Below are positions 44,001 to 53,080 of a stretch of DNA of 64,000 bases, one piece after another; the stretch's first letter is position 1, and each line of letters opens with the position of its first letter. The stretch is from an uncultured Lachnoclostridium sp. (GTDB lineage Bacteria > Bacillota > Clostridia > Lachnospirales > Lachnospiraceae): assembly GCA_937903005.1 (NCBI GenBank), contig CALFNR010000144.1, forward strand, positions 21,948-85,947. The letters are read 5' to 3'. The notes beneath the pieces were generated by a model. That model worked only from the letters and a program-made list of their open reading frames with translations. It searched no databases and was not told the DNA's origin. The position numbers were made by a program, and so were the translations under genes.

Positions 44001-44850
44001 TTTTTTGAAGCTGCTTATACGTTTCTCTAAGTAGCTCTTCCGGGGATTCTGTGTCGTACTCAAAAACACCCATGATATGATATCCATTATTATTGTATCT
44101 ATCAAAAGCAGCCTGGTCCGCAACATAATCTTGGCCTTTAGGCTTATTGATTCCAGATACCGAAACATCTCTAAAAGTAAGCCCATCTTTTCCTTTACCG
44201 ATTAAAGCAGTATACAATTCTGTTGCATCTGTCTTTCTTGATAAACCTTCGATGTCTTTTCCAAATTCAAATCTTTTACCCGTTACATTCCCTCTCGTTT
44301 CGTGTAAATCGATATATTTATCTGATACTCGACCCTTTTTAAGCTCCACTCGAAACTCAATCTCTACTCCATATTTAGACAAATTATTTTGTAGTACCGA
44401 ATACACGGAATCGTCTTCTATTTCAATATCATAAGACTGCTCAATAGTTGGACACTTTCCTAGTTTCCATTCGGTTCCATCCAATACAGTTGTCATGAAT
44501 CGTCTTAACGTAGAGGATATTAATTTTTGCTTTCTTACAACCTGGTTTATCAATCCAAGTCCTGCACTTTCAGCATATACTGTCATTTCCATCTCTTGTG
44601 AATGGTCCTCGGATGTTTGCATGATTTGGAATAACTTCATTTTGTCGTCTTTCTTAAATGCTACATAGTTTCCTACACATAAATCAGACGCGGTGTCATT
44701 TCCCATAATTGTTGTGAACTGGAACGTTTCAGCTCCTGTTGCTAAGTCTTCTGTCAACAAATCATCGTAAAATGGTGCAGCCCCTGAATTGACACCTCCA
44801 TTCTTTAGGAGACCGATAACTTGTTCTTGTCTATCTAAAATAAAAATCAT
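41047..44850 (-). CDS. tail-associated (Tal-like) protein, prophage-tail-endopeptidase-type N-terminus plus long repeat fibre
   Basis: 1267 aa, downstream of the Dit-like gene. N-terminal ~380 aa are globular, followed by ~380 aa of repeats. Confidence 0.75.
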   Translation of the reverse strand: MIFILDRQEQVIGLLKNGGVNSGAAPFYDDLLTEDLATGAETFQFTTIMGNDTASDLCVGNYVAFKKDDKMKLFQIMQTSEDHSQEMEMTVYAESAGLGLINQVVRKQKLISSTLRRFMTTVLDGTEWKLGKCPTIEQSYDIEIEDDSVYSVLQNNLSKYGVEIEFRVELKKGRVSDKYIDLHETRGNVTGKRFEFGKDIEGLSRKTDATELYTALIGKGKDGLTFRDVSVSGINKPKGQDYVADQAAFDRYNNNGYHIMGVFEYDTESPEELLRETYKQLQKSKNPKIEYEVNVALLGELLGQDWNTVAIGDTVYIVDNYFNPPVHLAARVNKLETSMTDPQNDKCVLANFVEVKSNITDAMRKIAAKLEGYVDNSIGSKFPVTSENIANGAITQDKIVEYSIETKHLKADSITAEKIKANEIQAKHISANQIETKHLQADSIDADKIKANSITAEKIKANEITADHLQSNTITADKIATGTITADSGVIQNGAITNALIAHGAIESANIKEGEIGTAHIKDGAIDSAKIGEAAIGSAHIEDAAITNAKIDSLSADKISGGQIDAEILKSNVIEAINASIGKIDATHIDTTGIKAESIDAENITGTKIDTKILQANIIEAINGSFEDLKIENAKIGFVSADKIKGGHIDAELLSATVIEAINASIGKIDAEHIDVGSIKVENIDAGMITGGDIDMDRIKANVISAINAYAGEMKIKQGQIETLQVGNANIIDGTISGAKIENGSITNAQIQDATIDSAKIKEIYASQIKSGTVETGELDISSIDGSLTMKGNTIQIKDNQPDKKVRVQIGKDARNQYGILVFNANGQPIFDSERGVLAPEGLSDDVVSASKIVNGAVGPDKLNLQELFVEDNAFIQNLKAVEIDASRITTGFISNERINMKGLVAFETFNEELKDLIFPVLTIDENGNKVYDKTYINGGNISTGSIKADSIDLLSGINVRGLDGMTTFSVSSEGNVEVNGLLKSGNYDENRKTGYKIDTNGIAILNQATIRGTVELENAGMTNSDLHENATRIWAGSNYDGRDDAPFRVTQKGDLFATNATIRGKIFGSLDSGQVHVHDKSITLNRVHTTVDDQGVVRTFGTSRDLNEDAYVDLNTEFCLFNNDVFFGTVDQKNFIYSNQNNYIDINNIDFTVNGGTTSITVEKEDGFQDGVNYAARKNWNGGNLTMGYAGGTEVDNAAWRNTFIMTSKGSKGMEYGDICMRREDVNEDIDVRIQGNLQIKNRIKGSNHNIEMRCVDDEGWGFYIS
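42541..43689 (-). repeat. coding repeat array: ~16 decapeptide units plus an ~85-aa tandem duplication
   Basis: HLKADSITAE/KIKANEIQAK/HISANQIETK.. has 10-aa periodicity. Residues 556-640 match 641-725 (ADKISGGQIDAEIL..INASIGKIDATHID.. / ADKIKGGHIDAELL..INASIGKIDAEHID..). Confidence 0.8.
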
Positions 44851-44892
44851 TTTTTATCATAGCTCCTATCTTATAATATATTAAATATCCCC

Positions 44893-44932
44893 TATGTTTA
44901 TATTGAGTAATATATCTCTATTATATATATAC
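44893..44932 (-). promoter_or_regulatory. late-operon motif (candidate late promoter)
   Basis: Minus strand reads ATATATATAATAGAGATAT-N-CAATATAAACATA, about 40 nt upstream of the Tal-like gene. Confidence 0.5.
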
Positions 44933-44971
44933 ATAAACAAGGGGATTGTACATAGATTTTAATTCATTGTT

Positions 44972-46792
44972 TTATAGATATCTTTCTTGGAAACCACATA
45001 CGATATCAGCCTTTTTGTCGTCAGTCTTAATTGCGATCTCACTATATCCGGTTGGAGTAGAAAAGAACTCTGAACCAATATCGATATAAGATAGGCATTC
45101 TTTTTTATTCAAAGTAACAAGACCTGTCTCGAAATCTATATGAAGCCTATCTCCATCATCGAAGATCTCTTCATTGTTGCTAGAAGTAACCTTCGCTGCA
45201 GGACTCAAATCTTTTACATTGATATGAGTGATAGTCATAACATCAACTGGCCTTTCTGAACCATATCTACCAATATAGAAACCTAGATAATTCAATGCAC
45301 CCGTTGGATAACTGCTATTAGATAAACTATTAGCCGTCTTTATTGTTTGGGTGATTTCACCGCCTTTGTATCTATATAGAGTTGCTGTCCATAAATATTT
45401 CCCTTTTCCATCTTTGGTTCTTTTAATTACAAACTTTCCATCTAGGTCGTTCCACTTACCGTATGTTCCTGACGCTGCAGATTCAGTTTTAGTAGTTTTT
45501 CCGTCTTTGTCCTTTGTTACTACTTTTCTTGGCGAAGGGCAGCTTGCATCATCGGCAAGGACTTTAGAAGTTCCAACATATACTCTAGGTTTCACGTATT
45601 CATAATATTGATTAGCATCATCTACTTGAGCCTTGAATAACTTAGCTCCATTCTGATCATAACCATAAACCTCTAATAATCCTAATTCATCCTCTGCATA
45701 TTCAGTAGCTCTGGCACTTTTTGAAGAGGAAACTTTCTTTAAATAATCAGAATGACTATATCCAGTATACGTTTTGCTTCCAACCTTAGTTGTATGCTTA
45801 ATCCATTTTCCACTAATTTCAGTCGCATTAATTTTAGTTCCATAAGGCATTGCTGCTAGCTTGGTACTTTTCGTACTATTTGATGATCTAATAATCAGTC
45901 CTGCTTTTGCAGTAACCTGGTACGTTCCCAATGATGAAGCCCCAGAACCAGCCGAGTAATTCGTTCCCTTAGAACTAAATATAAAATCGATTGACACCTC
46001 AAACTCTTCTACATTCTTTCCTAACGCTCTTTTAAATGCTGCACCAGTCCATGTGTTTTCAGCCGATGTACCGAAGTTAGAGCATACGATACCAATTCCA
46101 TTGTGACCCACAGCATAATTTCCTGTAACTGTTCTCTTGCTATCCAGAAGGGCTTCCGGTAATGCCGTAAAAGTAGAAGAAAGCTCGCATTTATCATTTA
46201 CTACCGTATTAGATAATTTTGTATTCTGTTTAGTGGCCTGTTTTGGTTTCCCAATTAGTACAGTTTCACCCTTATTATTTGTTGCTTGGAAGAAGCAAGC
46301 GTCCGAGTTGAACTCTACATCGATACTCATATTTGTATCAGTCGTGCCATTGTTTTCAAGAGCAACTATATTCTTGCTATTTGGTTCAAAGGTTTTCCAT
46401 TCATCCGAGTACGCAACCGGATCGTGACATATAAAATTGATTGTTAATGTTCCAGAGAATACCGTCTTTTCTAAGGCTGTTTCTCCATCAACGACAGCAT
46501 AATAATATTTCCCTGGTTCATCACTAACTGTTAATTTACATGGATTTTCTGTGTGAAGAACGTCTGCTAATCTACGAACCTTTTTCACATACTCCTCTTT
46601 AGTTGGTGCTTTTACATATACTTCTAAAGAGATTGCCCTCTCCCCATAGCGATAGCCCGTATAATACGAGCCATGCATTGTAGGGATTGTTTTAGAAAAA
46701 TTTTCTCTAGGAGGTAATACACTCCTTTCGATATTTAGCACAGTACAGTAATCTGAAAGATTAACTCCTGCAAAGTTTACTTCATAAGCCAT
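44972..46792 (-). CDS. distal tail protein (Dit-like) with C-terminal extension
   Basis: Position between the tape measure and Tal. N-terminus MAYEVNFAGVNLSDY..IERSVLPP is typical of siphovirus tail component proteins. Confidence 0.7.
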   Translation of the reverse strand: MAYEVNFAGVNLSDYCTVLNIERSVLPPRENFSKTIPTMHGSYYTGYRYGERAISLEVYVKAPTKEEYVKKVRRLADVLHTENPCKLTVSDEPGKYYYAVVDGETALEKTVFSGTLTINFICHDPVAYSDEWKTFEPNSKNIVALENNGTTDTNMSIDVEFNSDACFFQATNNKGETVLIGKPKQATKQNTKLSNTVVNDKCELSSTFTALPEALLDSKRTVTGNYAVGHNGIGIVCSNFGTSAENTWTGAAFKRALGKNVEEFEVSIDFIFSSKGTNYSAGSGASSLGTYQVTAKAGLIIRSSNSTKSTKLAAMPYGTKINATEISGKWIKHTTKVGSKTYTGYSHSDYLKKVSSSKSARATEYAEDELGLLEVYGYDQNGAKLFKAQVDDANQYYEYVKPRVYVGTSKVLADDASCPSPRKVVTKDKDGKTTKTESAASGTYGKWNDLDGKFVIKRTKDGKGKYLWTATLYRYKGGEITQTIKTANSLSNSSYPTGALNYLGFYIGRYGSERPVDVMTITHINVKDLSPAAKVTSSNNEEIFDDGDRLHIDFETGLVTLNKKECLSYIDIGSEFFSTPTGYSEIAIKTDDKKADIVCGFQERYL

Positions 46793-49700
46793 TAAAATGC
46801 TCCTCCTAGTCTTGTTTTTCTTTTATTGATTGTATTTATTTCTGCATCCATGTATTTGGCTGTTGCCTTAGCAATCTGTTTTCCATCTACATCGATAGAT
46901 ACATTTACACCACTGTTCTTTGTTAATAGAGAAACCATCTGTAAAAGAAGCTCGTTTTGAGTTCTCAATGCTTCTGTAAGTTCGTTGTTGCCACTACTAG
47001 AAGTCTGTTCTACGCTTCCAATTCCAGCACCAGCCATAACACCAGCAGCTCTCATTTCAGTTGCAACATCATAAGCAGAAGGTACATGTATAGAATCGGT
47101 TAATCCAAATGCACTTCTACTTACAGAAGAACTATAATTCATAGCCATATCTGACATAAATGCTTTCTTAGCTTTACCACTTCCTGAATCGCCAGATCCT
47201 GATTTATCTTTAGTGAATATATTCGCAACGAAGTTTTTGGCCTTTGGAACCCAACCATTCCACCAGTCTTTTAATTCATCCCATTTGGTTTTAATCTGAC
47301 CAGTAGTTGTATTTACGCTCTTGGTAAGGTCCGAATTTAAGTCCTCCATCTTTTTAACAGCACCATCGCGGGTATCTTGGGCAGCCTTGATTGTATCATC
47401 TTTCTGACGGTTTGCTTCTTCAATCATCTTATCTGCTTGCTCTTTGGAAATAGTTCCAGTTTCATCACGCATTTTGATAATCGATTTAACTACCTTGTCA
47501 TATTCTTCTTCTGCGGCTGATATAGCTTTATCTCTTTGTTCGTTCAAGTTTTTGATATGCTCCGAAGCCATTTCTGCGGTCATACGGCCATCATAAGACT
47601 TCATACGTTCTAAGATAAGGCTTGCTTCAATTTCTTGTTCAGAAAGAGCATTAACGCTTTCCTCACGCATTTTGTTTTGAATATCCGTGACAGTTTGATA
47701 TTCTTCTTCCGTTAACTCTCTATTTTTATCAGCAGCCGTCTGTAAGATCTGATTAATCTGGTCCTGATATCCTTGGATAGCCATCTGTTTATCGGAATAG
47801 TATTTATTAGTTTTTTGAAGGATTCCTTTTTCTCCTTCTTCTGAAATTGCATCACTCTTAGCAAAGAAGGCAGATAGAGTTGTTACATTCTCATTACAAG
47901 TTGCCGCATAACCTTCCTTAATTGTGTTAGCCATTTCAGCAAACTGTGTTTTCATACTTTCAACAGTTTCTTTTGTGATAACAGTAGAGCTTGTATATAA
48001 TCCATACATGGAATTTCTAACGCCATCATCCATTGCTATATAAGCACCCACGGCTGTTGCTGTTGCTTCTGAAATTTCCTGTACGTTTCTTTGTGTTTCG
48101 ATAGATACGTTTCCAAATTCATCAATCACCGTCTTGCTTGTAACTGTTACTTCGTCAGCAAATAAATCTACTGCTGGTATAGCTTCTTTCTTTAATTCAT
48201 GCGCGATTAAAGCTCCAGTTCCAACAATTAATGCTCCACCTGCGACCCATGGTGCTGCGGCTGCAGCCATACCGCCTAAAGCTGTTGCAAATGTTCCAAG
48301 ACCACCCGTTGCTGCGGCTCCTGCGGCTACTCCTGCAGCTTCTGCAGCTCCTGCAACTGCAGTTGTAGCGACCGATGTTGAACCCAAGAGTTTTGCAACA
48401 CTTCCACCGAATTTTATAATGCTACCTAATCCGGATGTTAAGCCACCAAGCATTTTAATAGCCCCAGTTCCAGCGACTGCGAATAATCCTAATTTAACGA
48501 TCATCTCTTTTGTCTCTGGACTCAACTCTTCAAACTTAGTAAGCCATTCACTAACCTTAGCAATGAAATCATTGATAACTGGAAGTAGCGTCTTTCCTAT
48601 CTGAATACCAATGGCTTCGAGTTGTGACTTCAATGTTTCAATCTGGCCGTCTGTTGTGTCACTCATGACACCGTACATTTCTTCCAATGCACCCTTTGAA
48701 TTTGCGATGGACTTCTCTAGATCGTTATATCTTTCATCACTAACTTTTAAGGCGTTATTTAATGCTGTAAGCTGTGTTTTACCACCTAATGCAGCTAAGG
48801 CCATATCTGCCTGTTCATCTGTCATTTTCTTAGTGGCTTCCATAATATCGCCTAATACAACTTCCAACCCTCTAAACTTTCCTGCGGAGTCATATGTGCT
48901 TACACCTAATTTTTTCAATGCTCCTTCTGTTGTTGAAGTTGTACCCATTAAGTTAACCATTACGGATTGCAGACTTCGACCTGCTTCGGATCCTTTTAGA
49001 CCATTATCAGCAAGAACGGAAAGGACTTTGGCACTTTCTTGTAATGGAACTCCCATCTTGTTCATTGTTCCACCACATAGAACATATGCTTCCATCATCT
49101 GAACCGCTGATGTATTTGCGTTCCTTGAACATTGAGCTACCAGGTCAAGGTATTCTCCCATCTGTTCCGCTTCCATTCCCATAGCTGACATGGAATCCGT
49201 TGCTAAATCTGTTACAGTAGCCATGTCGGCGTTAAATGCGATAGAAGCCTTGACATTGGGTTCAATGGCAGCAAGCATTTGATTGGTATTATAACCAGCA
49301 AGGGCTAAGTAGTTAAATGATTCAGCAACGTCAGAAGCCGAAGCACCAGCGATACTTTTACCAAGAGCTGTTGCTTTATCAGTAAGTTTAGCCATTTCAT
49401 CAGCACTAGCACTTGAAGTCGCTTGCACCTGGGCCATGGCTTTTTCAAAAGATACACTTACTTTAGCAGCACCCACTCCAATAGCAGTCAATGGAGCTGC
49501 CACGCCCAAAGCCAACTTATTACCTACGTTACTGATTTTCTTACCAGCAGCTTGAAACTTGTCACCCGTAGCATTTAATGTGTCACCAAGGTTACTTAAA
49601 GATTGTTTCGCCTGATCTAACTTAAAGTTTTTTAGTGACTCCGACGCGTCTTTTACTTCCCTATCTAACTTATTAAATTCTGTTTCTGACTTATTAAGTT

Positions 49701-50157
49701 CCGTTTGTAAGCTAGTTAACCTACCATTTGTACTGACAATCCTAGTTTCAAGATTTTGTTTAGACTTATCTAACTTCTCAATTTCATCTTTAAGAGCCTT
49801 AGCTTCTTTCGAGTTCTTTCCATACTTCTGACATGCTTCATCATACTTTTTGTTAGAAGAAGCAAGTTTGGAATCAACCTCTCCATATTTCTTTGTAAGC
49901 TCTGATAAGGTTGTCTTTGTCTTATTTACTTCATTTTGGTATAAGGAAACCTTCTTCCCCTGTAATTCGAGTTTGTCAGTAAGATTTTTTACCTTACTCT
50001 TTGCTCCGTCCATGGAGCTAGCAAAGTCCTTTGTGGAAGAAGCTACCTTTCCAAATTCACTTTCAGTCAGCTTGACTTGTCTATTTACATCCTGGATTTG
50101 CTTAGCGAATGATGAGCTGTTCAATATCAGCGATACCGTAAGTTTTTGATCCGACAC
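46792..50157 (-). CDS. tape measure protein
   Basis: 1121 aa, coiled-coil N-terminus, Ala/Gly-rich TM-like core, position after the chaperone genes. Confidence 0.9.
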   Translation of the reverse strand: MSDQKLTVSLILNSSSFAKQIQDVNRQVKLTESEFGKVASSTKDFASSMDGAKSKVKNLTDKLELQGKKVSLYQNEVNKTKTTLSELTKKYGEVDSKLASSNKKYDEACQKYGKNSKEAKALKDEIEKLDKSKQNLETRIVSTNGRLTSLQTELNKSETEFNKLDREVKDASESLKNFKLDQAKQSLSNLGDTLNATGDKFQAAGKKISNVGNKLALGVAAPLTAIGVGAAKVSVSFEKAMAQVQATSSASADEMAKLTDKATALGKSIAGASASDVAESFNYLALAGYNTNQMLAAIEPNVKASIAFNADMATVTDLATDSMSAMGMEAEQMGEYLDLVAQCSRNANTSAVQMMEAYVLCGGTMNKMGVPLQESAKVLSVLADNGLKGSEAGRSLQSVMVNLMGTTSTTEGALKKLGVSTYDSAGKFRGLEVVLGDIMEATKKMTDEQADMALAALGGKTQLTALNNALKVSDERYNDLEKSIANSKGALEEMYGVMSDTTDGQIETLKSQLEAIGIQIGKTLLPVINDFIAKVSEWLTKFEELSPETKEMIVKLGLFAVAGTGAIKMLGGLTSGLGSIIKFGGSVAKLLGSTSVATTAVAGAAEAAGVAAGAAATGGLGTFATALGGMAAAAAPWVAGGALIVGTGALIAHELKKEAIPAVDLFADEVTVTSKTVIDEFGNVSIETQRNVQEISEATATAVGAYIAMDDGVRNSMYGLYTSSTVITKETVESMKTQFAEMANTIKEGYAATCNENVTTLSAFFAKSDAISEEGEKGILQKTNKYYSDKQMAIQGYQDQINQILQTAADKNRELTEEEYQTVTDIQNKMREESVNALSEQEIEASLILERMKSYDGRMTAEMASEHIKNLNEQRDKAISAAEEEYDKVVKSIIKMRDETGTISKEQADKMIEEANRQKDDTIKAAQDTRDGAVKKMEDLNSDLTKSVNTTTGQIKTKWDELKDWWNGWVPKAKNFVANIFTKDKSGSGDSGSGKAKKAFMSDMAMNYSSSVSRSAFGLTDSIHVPSAYDVATEMRAAGVMAGAGIGSVEQTSSSGNNELTEALRTQNELLLQMVSLLTKNSGVNVSIDVDGKQIAKATAKYMDAEINTINKRKTRLGGAF

Positions 50158-50174
50158 TCTTTTCCACCATCCTT

Positions 50175-50707
50175 CTATAAGCTAATTTCATCTATAAATT
50201 TTTCTTCCTGAGTGTAATCAGGAACGTTCGATTTCTTATCATTCTTATCTGGCACTTTATTAAAATCTTTGTGAACACGTACCAGCTCAAAAATATATCT
50301 CAAATCATTTTGGAGGATTTCTTCCTCACTCATATTGAGGAAGACCCTACACACATAAGAGATCCAGTACCAGTCTATTTCATCGTTTTTTGAACTGCTT
50401 CTACGTTTTTTTCCTTACCTGCTGGCGGAAATGCTAATGAGATTGCTTCCATAAGAGGATTTAAAAGTTCTTCCATTTCGTCAAAATAAAGAGACTCTAC
50501 AAAGTCAACGCCCACTGGCTTTCCGTTTTTCTTTAAGCAGGCACCTAGTAAGATTGAAACTGGTAGTAAATCTCCACTTTCCATCTCCGCTAATACTTTC
50601 ATAAATCCTTTACGTGCGGTTTTTTCTACTGCAATCATGGCTCCCACATTAACCACGATTTCTAAATGTTCACCTTTTACTGTCACTGGGACTGAATTTC
50701 TTATCAT
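50175..50707 (-). CDS. tail assembly chaperone G-T fusion via -1 programmed frameshift
   Basis: The -1 frame after the heptamer stays open for 76 codons (RRSSSKNDEIDWYWISYV..EKFIDEISL*) and fills the otherwise ORF-less 50175-50374 gap. Confidence 0.6.
50375..50707 (-). CDS. tail assembly chaperone (G-like)
   Basis: 110-aa ORF between the major tail and tape measure genes. Confidence 0.7.
   Translation of the reverse strand: MIRNSVPVTVKGEHLEIVVNVGAMIAVEKTARKGFMKVLAEMESGDLLPVSILLGACLKKNGKPVGVDFVESLYFDEMEELLNPLMEAISLAFPPAGKEKNVEAVQKTMK
50405..50411 (-). other. slippery heptamer A_AAA_AAC (-1 frameshift site)
   Basis: In zero frame reads gaA AAA AAC at codons 99-101 of the chaperone ORF. Confidence 0.55.
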
Positions 50708-50751
50708 ATCTGTTTTCCTCCAAGTTAAAATTTCGTTTTTATTTCATGTTT

Positions 50752-50800
50752 TTAAGAAAAAAAATAAATACTGCGAGAAATTAAATTCTCAACAGTATTT
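50752..50800 (-). terminator. terminator after the major tail gene
   Basis: AAATACTG-c-GAGAA..TTCTC-aa-CAGTATTT compound stem, then a T-run on the minus strand. Confidence 0.65.
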
Positions 50801-50817
50801 ATATTGAATAATATTTG

Positions 50818-51402
50818 TTACTCTGGTAACTGAACTTCATCAAACCAGTTAGTAATCATTTCCTGTAATGCGATATCTGCGTCGCCATCTCCGATAAGAG
50901 TATCAGAATCTGCTGTTGCAGCCATCTTTCCATTAGAAGCTAACGGGATAAATGTACCAACTAGTTTTACAGTTGCAGATTCAACAGAATCTTCCTGTGT
51001 AGCATATTCAGATTCAGTTCTTGCTAAAGTACCTTTATAAAGGACCATGTATCTAAATCCACCTTTAGATTTTGGCGCTCTAAATAAAAGAGCAACTTCC
51101 ATTGGCATATCATCTCCACCCTGAACTAGAACACCATTCTTGTACTCTTTACCAGTGATTAAGGCTTCTAATTCAGTTGTTAGATAACCAAGTTCGATTG
51201 TAATTTCCTTTCCAGCTGTCTTAGAGAAAGACTGCTCGATTACGTCATCTGAATAGAACTTAGATTGCTCTACTGTATCAGATACTGACACGTTGATAAG
51301 AGATGGAACTCTGATTGGTTTATCCCAAGTTGGTGTTCCACCTGGTGTATCTTTTGTTAATTTAGCTATATGCATGTCGCGACAGCCCACAATTCTGCTC
51401 AT
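50818..51402 (-). CDS. major tail protein
   Basis: Position and size. ATG 51402 is 9 nt after AGGAGG. Confidence 0.7.
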   Translation of the reverse strand: MSRIVGCRDMHIAKLTKDTPGGTPTWDKPIRVPSLINVSVSDTVEQSKFYSDDVIEQSFSKTAGKEITIELGYLTTELEALITGKEYKNGVLVQGGDDMPMEVALLFRAPKSKGGFRYMVLYKGTLARTESEYATQEDSVESATVKLVGTFIPLASNGKMAATADSDTLIGDGDADIALQEMITNWFDEVQLPE

Positions 51403-51435
51403 ATACAATTTCCTCCTAATTAAAAAAACTGCCGA

Positions 51436-51777
51436 TTACTCGACAGCTTGGTAATATACAAAGGCCATAGGCTGATTAAAAACTTTTTCTTTTTCTAACC
51501 ATTCTGTAGCCGGTATTTGATTCTTTATGAAGCCATTTTCTTTCATGGCTTTTATGATTTCTTTCTTTAGGTTTTCAAAGTTATACTCTGGTTTAGAGAA
51601 GAGGTTAACTGAAATCATAGAAAGTGTCCCTTCCTCTTCATCATCGGCAAAATCATAAGGAGTTTCAGAAACGTTAAATACTATGAATGGAAATTTTCCA
51701 TCGTCCTCTCTCGTAAGAAACTCAACTGGAACACCTAAAGGAAGTAATGCTTCCATCACTTTTCTTTTTACACTCAT
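51436..51777 (-). CDS. hypothetical tail-completion-region protein
   Basis: 113-aa ORF between the gp10-like and major tail genes. Confidence 0.5.
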   Translation of the reverse strand: MSVKRKVMEALLPLGVPVEFLTREDDGKFPFIVFNVSETPYDFADDEEEGTLSMISVNLFSKPEYNFENLKKEIIKAMKENGFIKNQIPATEWLEKEKVFNQPMAFVYYQAVE

Positions 51778-52184
51778 TACAGTTTCAGCTCCTTATTTAT
51801 AATTGTAAGCATCAGCTTAGCAGCAACCCCTTTCGCTTTTTCAAAAGAGTGGTCCATCCACAACGATCCAGCGTGGTATTTTCCTGTTCGATGGTTCTTA
51901 TAACCATAGTGCTGGAAATATACACCCTGCACATTTTCCCAATTTGACCCGTTTACAATACCAACCTGAATATATTTGTTCTTAGCTGCAGATGTCTTTA
52001 TCTTTCCTGGTTTTAGGCTTTCAGCACCTTTTCCAGTATTTCTAGGAGCATCTTTCTTTTGCTGCTCTACAATTACCTGACTTGCAGCTTTTAGGGCATT
52101 ATTGCCGATTTTATTACCAACCTGACCCATGGTATCTAGTTTCTTTATAAGGTCATCAAAACCTTCCATACGAAAGCTACTCAT
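51777..52184 (-). CDS. HK97 gp10-family head-tail joining protein
   Basis: MSSFRMEGFDDLIKKLDTMG.. is the characteristic gp10-family start. Overlapping start/stop with neighbours. Confidence 0.7.
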   Translation of the reverse strand: MSSFRMEGFDDLIKKLDTMGQVGNKIGNNALKAASQVIVEQQKKDAPRNTGKGAESLKPGKIKTSAAKNKYIQVGIVNGSNWENVQGVYFQHYGYKNHRTGKYHAGSLWMDHSFEKAKGVAAKLMLTIINKELKL

Positions 52185-52503
52185 TTGCTAATGTAATCCT
52201 TAAAAATCTTCTCTCGAAGTTTATATCTTCAATATCAGTAATTGAGTATCTGATACCATTTAGTTCAACCGTATCGTTGTTATTAATATCAGCAAACCTA
52301 ATTACACACTTAATTTTGGGCCTAACAATATTGATAGTAGATGTGGCTCCAAAGTCACTATCAGTCGTTTGGTATTTTTCCAAGGCCGCTTTACATTTTA
52401 AAACCACTTTATGAGTTTTTGTTTTGAATCCTTCTGGATCCACTGTTTCGGTATATCTGTAAATTACGATATTATGCTTTAATAAACCTGGATTAATTAT
52501 CAT
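52177..52503 (-). CDS. head closure / head-tail adaptor protein
   Basis: 108 aa. Position and the LKHNIVIYRYTE..DPEG pattern. Confidence 0.65.
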   Translation of the reverse strand: MIINPGLLKHNIVIYRYTETVDPEGFKTKTHKVVLKCKAALEKYQTTDSDFGATSTINIVRPKIKCVIRFADINNNDTVELNGIRYSITDIEDINFERRFLRITLANE

Positions 52504-52790
52504 AGATGATGTACCATATCCAGGTCGATAAATCTATCAAAGATAGCATTTACATACCTAGAACCCTTAATTGATTTGTTTTCATAAAATTCAGCTACTA
52601 ACATAAGAACTGGAATGGAATAATACTCATTTTCCTCAATCTTATCTTCTGTAAGGCCTGTGTACTTAACTAAGTAGTGTTTTGCTGCGTCAAGGTACAT
52701 TTGAAGTTCCATTTCATCCTCACTACCAGCCCCTATCGGCAGTCTTAGATAATTTTGTACAACTTCAAGGTTTATTTCACTAATCTTCAA
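52500..52790 (-). CDS. gp6-like head-tail connector protein
   Basis: 96 aa. VVQNYLRLP..LQMYLDAAKHYLVKYTGL pattern. Confidence 0.65.
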   Translation of the reverse strand: MKISEINLEVVQNYLRLPIGAGSEDEMELQMYLDAAKHYLVKYTGLTEDKIEENEYYSIPVLMLVAEFYENKSIKGSRYVNAIFDRFIDLDMVHHL

Positions 52791-52995
52791 CGACTTTCTT
52801 CTTCTTCGTTGTTTTCTTAGGTTTTTCAGGGGCTTCTTCTTTTACTTCCACTTGTTCCTCGATTACAACTGCGTATTTTGCACCCACATAGGCTTCCGCC
52901 AGCTTTTCATCGATAGAAACACCTGTCTCGTAAACATTGAGATTGTGGAACGTCTGCTTCTCTGTAACTGCAGAAACAATCATTTTGATTTTCAT
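52780..52995 (-). CDS. hypothetical head-module protein
   Basis: 71-aa ORF with AAGGAGG RBS after the capsid-gene terminator. Confidence 0.5.
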   Translation of the reverse strand: MKIKMIVSAVTEKQTFHNLNVYETGVSIDEKLAEAYVGAKYAVVIEEQVEVKEEAPEKPKKTTKKKKVVED

Positions 52996-53009
52996 GAACT
53001 AGCCTCCTT

Positions 53010-53049
53010 TTAAAAATAAAACAGTCCCAGGAATGAACCCGAGACTGTT
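53010..53049 (-). terminator. terminator after the major capsid gene
   Basis: On the minus strand, a 12-bp stem (AACAGTCTCGGG/CCTGGGACTGTT, with G-U pairs) plus TTTTATTTTT. Confidence 0.6.
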
Positions 53050-53080
53050 ATTGTATTACATATTTATATTATATAATAAA

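Noticed and set aside
48134-49102. Ala/Pro-rich + strand ORFs opposite the tape measure gene
   Set aside because: They are the reverse-complement shadow of the Ala/Gly-rich tape-measure core, with low complexity and no translation signals.
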